A stretch of DNA of 64,000 bases, taken from contig CAYQWZ010000003.1 of assembly GCA_964421635.1 (NCBI GenBank), forward strand, positions 65,712 through 129,711, read 5' to 3'. A program made the translations under genes and the position numbers. Origin of the DNA: an uncultured Candidatus Saccharibacteria bacterium (GTDB taxonomy: Bacteria > Patescibacteriota > UBA1384 > CAILIB01 > JAUSJZ01). Under the pieces are notes generated by a model. The model ran no database searches. It was not told the DNA's origin and saw nothing but the letters and a program-made list of their open reading frames with translations. This document shows, one piece after another, positions 37,512 through 45,755 of the stretch; positions within the stretch are counted from its first letter, which is position 1; each line of letters begins with the position of its first letter.

Positions 37512-38599
37512 AAATTTTTGATTGTACAGAAAAAGAGATTCAAAAATATAGTATAAAATATAAGGCACTTGGTTATGAATGGATTGATATAGTTGATGAG
37601 AATATTAGAGAGCTTGAAGAGATATATAAATATCAAGATGAAGCAATTATATTTAATCTGATAAAGAATAAAACCGTATTAGTCGATTATCCATGGTTGA
37701 GGAGTATAGTGAGGATTTGTCCAGAAGGGTATTTCCTCGAGTTACTTTCTTCAAGAAATAGGAATTTAATTAGCTCTAAAGAACAAAAGACACTTAGGAA
37801 GGCAAAGATCTCTGTTGCTGGTTTGAGTGTTGGAAGCAACATCTGTAAAATTATGGCAATGCAAGGTGTGGGAAGAGATTTTAATATTGCTGATTCAGAC
37901 ATCCTATCCTCAACTAATCTAAATAGAGTGAGCGAGAGTATTTTGAATGTTGGAAAGCCAAAGACACTATTAACCAAAAGAAGACTTTTAGAGATCAACC
38001 CTTTTTTAAATATAAATTTATTCAATAGAGGATTGACAATAAAGAATATCACGACATTCATCAGAGGAGCATCTGTTGTTTTTGATGAAATAGATAATTT
38101 AAATTTAAAACTTAAGTTAAGAGAGGCGGCAAAAAATGAGAGAAAACCACTTGTGATGATTACAGATAATGGTGATAACGTTATGGTGGATATTGAAAGG
38201 TATGATACAGACCCAAAACTGATACCTTTTCACGGCTTATTAAATAAGTTTGATCTTGATTTAATAAAAAAAGCAAAAAAGGGACTTAAACCAAGTGAAA
38301 GAGTTAAACTATCGTTGAAAATTGTGCAACCACAAAATGCAGTACCTAAAATGCAAAAATCACTTGTCGATGTTGGAAAAACATTAAACACATGGCCTCA
38401 ATTAGGGACTGCAGCGACACTTGCGGGTGCTGTTGGTTGTATGATTGCTAGAAAAATAATATTAAAAGAAGCACTTGTTTCTGGTAGGCGACACATCTCC
38501 TTAGACGCCGAACTTGAGCCAGGTCATAGAAAAGTAAGGTCAGTTCTGCGTAGACATATTCATACTATGAATTTCAAAAAGAGTTTAGGAAGAAAATGA
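37496..38599 (+). CDS. ThiF/MoeB-family adenylyltransferase (Rv1355c-like, no nitroreductase domain)
   Basis: RNRNLI, VAGLSVGS, ADSDILSSTNLNR, DEID, TWPQLG. Confidence 0.85.
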   Translation: MDKEIKIFDCTEKEIQKYSIKYKALGYEWIDIVDENIRELEEIYKYQDEAIIFNLIKNKTVLVDYPWLRSIVRICPEGYFLELLSSRNRNLISSKEQKTLRKAKISVAGLSVGSNICKIMAMQGVGRDFNIADSDILSSTNLNRVSESILNVGKPKTLLTKRRLLEINPFLNINLFNRGLTIKNITTFIRGASVVFDEIDNLNLKLKLREAAKNERKPLVMITDNGDNVMVDIERYDTDPKLIPFHGLLNKFDLDLIKKAKKGLKPSERVKLSLKIVQPQNAVPKMQKSLVDVGKTLNTWPQLGTAATLAGAVGCMIARKIILKEALVSGRRHISLDAELEPGHRKVRSVLRRHIHTMNFKKSLGRK

Positions 38600-40890
38600 G
38601 TAGTGGTTTATTAATATTAATTATTGGAAGTCTTGCAAATTTAATGCTTGGTTGGTTAGTATTCAGAAATTCAAAAAGAAGATCTATTAAATTGCCTTTC
38701 TTCTTACTGACATTAGCTATTGTATTTTGGGCGATTGCAAATTATATATCAATAGTTGAAGTAAGACCTGAATCTATATTATTTTGGATGAGAACAGTAA
38801 TGAGTTTAGCGGTCTTTCAGTCGGTCTTTTTTTTGCTGTTTGCATTATCATTCCCAGAAGGGTTGCCAAAAAAATATTTTAAAATACTGTCCTATTATTA
38901 CATTCCGTTAGTGTTATTTGCAGTAATATTAACACAGACTAAATTTCTTTTTTCAGGTGTTAATATTGATGATATTACAAATCAAAGAAGTCCTATAATA
39001 CAGCCTGGTATGGTAGTATTTGTTGTTGTAGCAATAGGATCAATATTAGCTGGATTGATTAATCTTATTATCAAATATCGTAAGTTTATAGGTAGAAAAA
39101 GATTGTTAATTGGCTATCTTTTCATTGGGATCTTTATAATGTTCTTTTTATTAATTTTTAATAATTTAATTGTAGTTGTAATTTTTAAATATGATTCATA
39201 TGTTCAACTTGGTCCAATTTATACTTTGCCATTTGTATTAATTACTACCTACGCCATCCTTAAGCACCAGCTCTTCGACATTCGGGTTGTAATTCGGAAG
39301 ATTGTTGTTTACTCAGTTTTGTTGGCGGTGGTATTTGGAGTTTACTCGGGCGTTGTATCCTTATTAACTTCATATTTGCCAATCAACCAAACAATGGGTA
39401 GTCTGGTGGCTGCGCTGTTCATCGCCTTTGGCTTTGATCCTCTAAAAAAGAAGCTAACCGCCACCACTGAAAAATATCTGTTCGTCTCTGAATATAACGA
39501 CGACGAAGAAATCAAAAAACTAAGCTCAACTTTATCAAGTGTCATCGACCTAGACGAAGCACTCAGATCTTTAATGCAAAATGTTATGTCAGCCGTTAAA
39601 CTAGAGCGGGCAGCCACTTTGGTTTTATCGCGCAATGTTGAGCATCCTAATACCAAAGAAGTCGATGATCTACTCAATGAAGAACAGGGCAAAAAAGCCA
39701 AAGAAATTACAGTTAAAAGGATTCAAGAGGTCAATTTCAAAGCGCCCGACCGACTGCTAGGGCCAAGCATGCAGCCGGTAATTGAGTACTTCAACAAAAA
39801 GCCAACCATTCAGCTTTTGCAAACCATGATTCAAGAAGTTGAGGAATCGGAGCTAATTTACCAAAATCTAACCAAAAAAGTTTCCAAAGGACAGCATCTA
39901 GATTTAGCTGAGGGAGGGCGCGTTCTGGCCATTAAGAAAAAGGTGATAGAAGAACTTGAAAGGTTGAAAGTAGCAATTGTCATTCCAATTTTAGTGAAAG
40001 AGCAATTAGTAGGATTAGTCTTCTTCGGTGAAAAACTTTCAAATGACGCATTCTACGAACAGGATTTAAATTTCCTAGGTGTAGTCGGCTCGCAAACAGC
40101 GAACGCTATTGAAAAAGCTCGCTTCTACGAAGAGGACCAATTAAAGAGTGAATTTGTTTCTATTGCTTCGCACGAACTTCTAACTCCAACCGCCGCCATA
40201 GAAGGATACCTGAGCATGATTTTAGAAGAGAAGATGGCTAAGGTTGACCCTAAAGCAGAAGAATATTTATGGAAGGTCTTCAACTCTTCGAAGCGATTAT
40301 CTCGGTTAGTCAAAGATCTATTGTCTGTTTCGCGCATTGAAAGTGGACGCATTAAGGTTGAGTCAAAAGTATTTAATTTAGCAGAAGTTGTCAGCCAGCA
40401 AATGGATCAACTAATGATTAAAGCCAAAGAAGCCAACCTTTATTTGAAAGCCGATCTGCCTAAAATTCCAGCTAATGTTTTTGCCGATCCTGAGCGAGTT
40501 GCCCAAGCGGTCGTAAATTTGGTAGGCAACTCGCTGAAGTACACCAAAGAAGGCGGCGTCACAGTAAAAATTGCCCAAAAACCAAAATTCTACGAAGTGC
40601 AGGTAATAGATACGGGAATTGGTATTTCTCAAGAAGATCGTGAACATCTGTTTCAAAAATTTAGTCGCATCGATAACAAGCAAACGAGCGGTATTGCCGG
40701 CACCGGTCTTGGCTTGTACATTACCAAGTCAATGATAGAATTAATGGGAGGATCAATTTCAGTTCAATCAGAAGTTGGCAAAGGCTCAACCTTTGCGTTC
40801 ACAGTGCCTCGTCAAAATATCCGGAATGTTAAGCTTTCGGCTGGTCAGTCTGAATCCTTAAAAAATAAACAACCTCAAGTAAATAAATAA
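38596..40890 (+). CDS. 7TM-GAF histidine kinase
   Basis: 7TM ending KHQLFDIR; GAF (GEKLSNDAFYEQD); SHELLTP; NLVGNSLKYT; DTGIGI; GTGLGL. Confidence 0.92.
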   Translation: MSSGLLILIIGSLANLMLGWLVFRNSKRRSIKLPFFLLTLAIVFWAIANYISIVEVRPESILFWMRTVMSLAVFQSVFFLLFALSFPEGLPKKYFKILSYYYIPLVLFAVILTQTKFLFSGVNIDDITNQRSPIIQPGMVVFVVVAIGSILAGLINLIIKYRKFIGRKRLLIGYLFIGIFIMFFLLIFNNLIVVVIFKYDSYVQLGPIYTLPFVLITTYAILKHQLFDIRVVIRKIVVYSVLLAVVFGVYSGVVSLLTSYLPINQTMGSLVAALFIAFGFDPLKKKLTATTEKYLFVSEYNDDEEIKKLSSTLSSVIDLDEALRSLMQNVMSAVKLERAATLVLSRNVEHPNTKEVDDLLNEEQGKKAKEITVKRIQEVNFKAPDRLLGPSMQPVIEYFNKKPTIQLLQTMIQEVEESELIYQNLTKKVSKGQHLDLAEGGRVLAIKKKVIEELERLKVAIVIPILVKEQLVGLVFFGEKLSNDAFYEQDLNFLGVVGSQTANAIEKARFYEEDQLKSEFVSIASHELLTPTAAIEGYLSMILEEKMAKVDPKAEEYLWKVFNSSKRLSRLVKDLLSVSRIESGRIKVESKVFNLAEVVSQQMDQLMIKAKEANLYLKADLPKIPANVFADPERVAQAVVNLVGNSLKYTKEGGVTVKIAQKPKFYEVQVIDTGIGISQEDREHLFQKFSRIDNKQTSGIAGTGLGLYITKSMIELMGGSISVQSEVGKGSTFAFTVPRQNIRNVKLSAGQSESLKNKQPQVNK

Positions 40891-40892
40891 CA

Positions 40893-41381
40893 ATGGATGA
40901 AAACAAGCAAAGCATTTTGCTAGCCGAAGACGATGCGGTGTTGCAAGAGATGTATAAAGAGCGATTAACGGCCGAAGGATTTGCCGTAGATTTAGCCAAA
41001 GATGGTTTAGAAGCGTTAGATAAAATTCAAAACACCACCCCCAGTTTAATGATTTTAGATATTATGATGCCCAATTTAAATGGCATCGATGTATTGAAGA
41101 AAATTAAAGCCTCAGATAAAACTAAAAATATTCCTGTTATTGTGGCTACTGCGCTGGTGCAAGATATGACCGAAATAAAGAAGATGCTTGGCGCTAACGA
41201 TTCGTACTTAATTAAATCTGAAGTTATGTCCGGCGATGTAATTAAACTTGTTAAAGATAAACTCGGTGCCGCCGCCGCCAGCAATGGGGAAGCTCCCGTA
41301 GCTCCCGCCGAGCCAGCCGTTCCCGAACCACCAGTTGAACCTGCTGTGCCAAAAAATTCAACCGAACCCCCAGTTAATTGA
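40893..41381 (+). CDS. Stand-alone receiver with Pro-rich tail
   Basis: ILLAEDD, LDIMMP, AT, YLIK. Confidence 0.9.
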   Translation: MDENKQSILLAEDDAVLQEMYKERLTAEGFAVDLAKDGLEALDKIQNTTPSLMILDIMMPNLNGIDVLKKIKASDKTKNIPVIVATALVQDMTEIKKMLGANDSYLIKSEVMSGDVIKLVKDKLGAAAASNGEAPVAPAEPAVPEPPVEPAVPKNSTEPPVN

Positions 41382-41383
41382 TA

Positions 41384-41836
41384 TTAATTCCAAGATACAT
41401 CTAGCTTATAGTCATCTATCACTGTTTTGCTGTCCATAATAATGACTTTAAATGGTGCAGTTTTAGTTTTTTCTAGGGGTGAACTTCCTGTGTCACCAGC
41501 ATATGTAAATTCTGTTCCTGTAACTGAACCCTTAGAATCGTAGAATGTTGCTGTAATCTGAACAAATGTTGCACTAGTATTGCCGTTATTCTCAACCTCA
41601 CCTACGATACTGCGCATACCATAGCCCTCATCTTTGAGTGTGTGGCTTTTTACTATGACTGAACCGGTTTTAGTATCAGATGTAGTAGAGTCAGCATTCT
41701 TTGAGGTTGAAGTACTACTTGAATTGCTACTTGAACCAGCTGACCCAAGCATTATTATTGCTATTATTACGATAATTATTCCGATACAACCACCAATGCC
41801 AAGTCCAATTCCTTTTTTAACACTATTTTCAGACAT
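41384..41836 (-). CDS. Membrane-anchored FxLYD-like domain protein
   Basis: TM helix, Ser-rich linker, GEVENNG...ITATFYDSKG. Confidence 0.7.
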   Translation of the reverse strand: MSENSVKKGIGLGIGGCIGIIIVIIAIIMLGSAGSSSNSSSTSTSKNADSTTSDTKTGSVIVKSHTLKDEGYGMRSIVGEVENNGNTSATFVQITATFYDSKGSVTGTEFTYAGDTGSSPLEKTKTAPFKVIIMDSKTVIDDYKLDVSWN

Positions 41837-41888
41837 AAATAATAATTACTAATTTATTTGCATAATAGCATACAAGCTACACAACTGC

Positions 41889-42359
41889 TTAAAACCCCGT
41901 AATATTAGATATATCTTCCGGTAGATCAGGTAATTCATCTGAGTCACCAGGATCTTCAATTTCCGAAAGCGGGCCGCCCTGACTAGTACCCGTTACAGAT
42001 TCGCTATCTTCATCTTCAGAATCTTTAGAATTTTCGTCGTCCGTACTCTCCGCGTCTTCTTCAGTTGCTTCAGGTGGCGTGTAAGATGAGTAAAATGTAA
42101 AAGGATTATCACGAGTACCCGTAGCTTCATTCTTAAAATTAACCTCAGAGACGGCATCGTATCGCTGTCTGACATCATTTAGCGCCTGCTTGTCATAACT
42201 TGGTAGCTCAATATTTGGCTCTTTTAAATCTCCAAGCTTAACAATGGATTGAATCTTTAAAGCACCATAAATTATAAAAGCTAAACCAGCAAACAAAACT
42301 AAGGGCATAATGAGTTTGCCAATTTTTGCCAAATTGAGTTTAATCTTTGGTATCTTCAT
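41889..42359 (-). CDS. Single-TM pilus-operon protein (PilP position)
   Basis: RDNPF motif; last gene of the pilB-C-M-N-O operon; acidic tail. Confidence 0.55.
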   Translation of the reverse strand: MKIPKIKLNLAKIGKLIMPLVLFAGLAFIIYGALKIQSIVKLGDLKEPNIELPSYDKQALNDVRQRYDAVSEVNFKNEATGTRDNPFTFYSSYTPPEATEEDAESTDDENSKDSEDEDSESVTGTSQGGPLSEIEDPGDSDELPDLPEDISNITGF

Positions 42360-43017
42360 TCGATGTTTCTATAGGTATTTCTTTAGCCGGATTTTGATGG
42401 TAAGTCCAAAAAACTATACTAGCGGTTAGTGAATCGGAGGTTTCGCCATTGTTCGCTAGCTGCAATGACGATAAAATTGAGTACCTGTCTAAATTAGTTA
42501 TGTGGTCTAAAAAGGCAATTATATTAGGATATCCTCCAGAAAAAGAGATGCTATAAACTGTGGCGTGATATTTAGACAGCAGATCTTCCTCATAAGCTAC
42601 CTGACTGCTGGCCGGTTTATCTTCATCTTCTTTTTTGTCTTTATCATCATCTTTCTTTTTAGATATCTTTTTGGCGCGCACAGAGGTGCTCAGATTGCTA
42701 ATAGATATTCCGGTGTCGGCGGCGACTTGCTCGATAGCCGCTACCATTAAACCGGTGTCACTATCTTTTGGAATGGCTATGCTGATTTTATCTAAATCGG
42801 CTTTAATTGTTTGGTACTCTTTTTCAGCTTGCGACAAGAGCTCTTCTTTTTTATCGTTTTCGAGCAGCTTTAGTTGGGCATCGTCGCGTCTGTTGGCTGC
42901 ATCCTTCAATTTATTGAATTCAGGATTAACTAAAAACATATAGATGGCGGCGCCAATTAAAAAGGTACCGATAATCAGTATAAAAGTTTTGGTTGCGAGG
43001 AAGCTTTTAGAATTCAT
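42340..43017 (-). CDS. pilO: Type IV pilus PilO-like protein
   Basis: TM + coiled coil + AIP; GGYPNIIAFLDHITNLDR; gene order. Confidence 0.8.
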   Translation of the reverse strand: MNSKSFLATKTFILIIGTFLIGAAIYMFLVNPEFNKLKDAANRRDDAQLKLLENDKKEELLSQAEKEYQTIKADLDKISIAIPKDSDTGLMVAAIEQVAADTGISISNLSTSVRAKKISKKKDDDKDKKEDEDKPASSQVAYEEDLLSKYHATVYSISFSGGYPNIIAFLDHITNLDRYSILSSLQLANNGETSDSLTASIVFWTYHQNPAKEIPIETSNEDTKD

Positions 43018-43592
43018 TATGGTGTTAAATCAAAGGTGGCTCTTAAGGAAAAGTTTTGGCCGCCTCCTGAGTCGCCAGGGACAGCGTTAATGGAATCAAT
43101 GACTACATCTGATACGCGTTGTTGTCGCTCTTCTTCTGCTGTTTGATAAAGCAGAGTCTCTCTAAATACTCCAACCGAGCGTCTGTTTTCGGCTAATCCG
43201 GAAATAGAAACAATGTACTTGCCCTGATCTTGCGAAGTGTTTAAGGTTACAATATGCACATTTGGTGGTAAGGATTTTTCAATGTAATTGAACATAGTGG
43301 CCCAGTCGCGATCGTTTTTAACAATGCCCGAAAATTCATTAATACTTTTGGCTAGCTCAGCTGCTTCGGTTGATATTTTATCGTACTTGGCTACCGCTTT
43401 ACTCAGCTGCTGGCTTTCGGTGATTAATTCTCCCGTCTTTTTTTCAATACTTTTTCGCTGATATAAAGCATAGCCCCAAACAGAGAGTAGTGATATAAGA
43501 ATGATAGCCAAAAAAAGTCTCGCTTTGGGCGCGTGCCGCTCGAACGCTAGTACATTTTTTCGATTTTTAGGCAGTAAGTTAATGCTATTCAT
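43017..43592 (-). CDS. pilN: Type IV pilus PilN-like protein
   Basis: N-terminal INLLP PilM-binding motif; TM; ISGLA. Confidence 0.85.
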   Translation of the reverse strand: MNSINLLPKNRKNVLAFERHAPKARLFLAIILISLLSVWGYALYQRKSIEKKTGELITESQQLSKAVAKYDKISTEAAELAKSINEFSGIVKNDRDWATMFNYIEKSLPPNVHIVTLNTSQDQGKYIVSISGLAENRRSVGVFRETLLYQTAEEERQQRVSDVVIDSINAVPGDSGGGQNFSLRATFDLTP

Positions 43593-44547
43593 TGATATTT
43601 CTTAAGCTGGCTCCTAAAGCTGACAAGTAACTGGTATCGCAGCTTTCGTGATCTTTACAGTTGACGGTGGGTTGGCCAATTTCGACAGTTTCATTTAAGT
43701 ACTCGGCTAAAATTGAATCTAGGTGCGGCACGCGCGCCCCTGAGCCAGAAATAAAAATCTTCTCCAACTTCTCAGTATTTTGATTACGATTTTTATAGAA
43801 GCGAATTGAGGCTTGTATGCGATCTGTTAGACTAGTCAACATAGTGTTAAAGGTCTGTTTTATTTCATCGGCGGTTAAGTTTAGCTCGTTTTTGGCCAAG
43901 AAAGCATCCCAAGCTTTATCTTGCAGTGCCACGGTGTTCATAACATGAATTAAATCATTATCGAAGACAGCAATAGCTGCGTGGGTTGAACCAATATCAA
44001 CTGTTACATAATTATTATGGTCAGCCTTGTGCAGGCGCCCCAAAGAAATTGAAGTAGTCTCAATAGCTTGCAAATTTAATCCGGTTTGGTCAGTAGAGGT
44101 CAAAATCCATTCAATAAAACGACGATTAGTAGCAAAGACCATCACTTCCATCTGCTTTTTCTCTTCATTAGTGCTCAAAATAAACAGATCAACATACATA
44201 TTTTCGGCCTTCAAAGGTAAATCAGGCTCCAGTTCATTAGGTGCAGCTTCTTTTGCATCAGCCAAAGACATTTGAGGCATAGTGAGAATTTTTGTGAAAA
44301 CACTTTCGTCTCCGACAGTAACAACGGTATTTTTAGTGTGAGCTGCTCGCGGTTTAGTTTTGCTCAAAGCGTGCGTTATGGCCTGTGATAATTCTTCAGA
44401 TTTTGTATCTTTACGCATTTCCGTAAAAGTGCGAGGCAAGGGAATGTGTCCAAAATTAGCTACCTTTCGGCCATTATCAACAGCTTCAATTATCCGAATG
44501 CTATGTTCGGTTAAATGGATTCCGAGTTGTCGATTTGGATTACTCAT
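43585..44547 (-). CDS. pilM: Type IV pilus PilM (actin-like)
   Basis: VDIGST, IFISGSGA, ALGASLR; precedes pilN. Confidence 0.85.
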   Translation of the reverse strand: MSNPNRQLGIHLTEHSIRIIEAVDNGRKVANFGHIPLPRTFTEMRKDTKSEELSQAITHALSKTKPRAAHTKNTVVTVGDESVFTKILTMPQMSLADAKEAAPNELEPDLPLKAENMYVDLFILSTNEEKKQMEVMVFATNRRFIEWILTSTDQTGLNLQAIETTSISLGRLHKADHNNYVTVDIGSTHAAIAVFDNDLIHVMNTVALQDKAWDAFLAKNELNLTADEIKQTFNTMLTSLTDRIQASIRFYKNRNQNTEKLEKIFISGSGARVPHLDSILAEYLNETVEIGQPTVNCKDHESCDTSYLSALGASLRNINE

Positions 44548-45755
44548 TAAAAAGCGTCAACTAAACCATACATTGGCTGTAATACGGAGACTAATAATAA
44601 GGCGATAGCGATACCCAACACAACCATTATTATAGGTTCTAGAGCGGCTGATAAATTACGGGTGGTGTTGTCAACTTCCTGTTCGTAGAAATTGGCAATC
44701 ACTTTGAAGGATTGATCAAGCGTGCCAGATTTTTCACCAACCTGAGTCAGCTGGGCTACCATATTGGGGAAATACTTACTTTCGCGCAACGCTGAGGCTA
44801 TAGGCATGCCATTTTCTACTTTCTTTTCAATATGTCCTAGCTCTTCCTCTATGGCGTCGTTACCGACTAGCTTTTTAGTAGTGGAGAAGATCTCCAAAAT
44901 TGGTAAGCCAGAAGATAACAACGAAGAAAAGCCGAGACTAAAACGGGCTAGATAGACATGCTTTAAAAGAGTGCCAAAAACTGGAACCCTCATCTTTATC
45001 TTATCCCAAAGTAGCTTGATTTTTTTGACTTTTAAGCCGAAGTGAAAAGCAATAAAACCAAAAATAATAAATAATATTAACCAGAGCCAATATTTAACAG
45101 TGAAGTCTGAAAGTTTAATTAACATTCTAGTGGACATCGGTAAATCTATACCGGCGTCATCGAAAACAGTTTTCAGTCTAGGAATTACAACAATCACAAT
45201 GACAGCAATAACTAACACCATTAAAATAGAGATTATCGCTGGATACATTAAGGCGGAGCGAACCTTGCCTTTAATTTCCGCATCCTTCTGCAGCTGTTTA
45301 GTTATGCGAGCTAAAATTTTATCTAAATTACCCGATTTTTCACCAGCTCGCACCATCTGTATATATACGGAGTCAAATGCTTTAGGATATTTAGATAGCG
45401 CCTCAGAAAGGGGAGCTCCTCCTTCAACCTCAGAAGCAAGGTCGTTAAGCATTTTAGAGATTGGCTTTTTGGTTGACTCAGAATTGATAGATTTTATTGC
45501 ATCTGACACAGACAAACCCGACTTGACCATGACGGCTAGCTGTTCAGTAAGAATTATCTTCTCTCTTAATTTGAGTTTAGTGCTTCCCTCGCCAAATAAG
45601 TCAGAATTAAAAAGTTTGCTGCCTTCTTCAACCGAAAAGATAATTAATTTTCTAGATCTTAATATTTTTCTGGCTTGACCAATTGATTTAGCGTCAATCT
45701 TACCTTTGATTGTCTGCCCATTATTGTCGCGTGCCCGATATTTATAAGTTGGCAT
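44547..45755 (-). CDS. pilC: Type IV pilus platform protein PilC/GspF
   Basis: YKYRARD, AGEKSG, ALMYP, VGEKSG, LEPI. Confidence 0.93.
   Translation of the reverse strand: MPTYKYRARDNNGQTIKGKIDAKSIGQARKILRSRKLIIFSVEEGSKLFNSDLFGEGSTKLKLREKIILTEQLAVMVKSGLSVSDAIKSINSESTKKPISKMLNDLASEVEGGAPLSEALSKYPKAFDSVYIQMVRAGEKSGNLDKILARITKQLQKDAEIKGKVRSALMYPAIISILMVLVIAVIVIVVIPRLKTVFDDAGIDLPMSTRMLIKLSDFTVKYWLWLILFIIFGFIAFHFGLKVKKIKLLWDKIKMRVPVFGTLLKHVYLARFSLGFSSLLSSGLPILEIFSTTKKLVGNDAIEEELGHIEKKVENGMPIASALRESKYFPNMVAQLTQVGEKSGTLDQSFKVIANFYEQEVDNTTRNLSAALEPIIMVVLGIAIALLLVSVLQPMYGLVDAF

Noticed and set aside
32604-39285. Inverted 24-bp KHQLFDIR-coding repeats as a shufflon that swaps sensors by inversion
   Set aside because: The match is 20/24 with all differences at third codon positions, which indicates protein-level conservation; no recombinase is in the window
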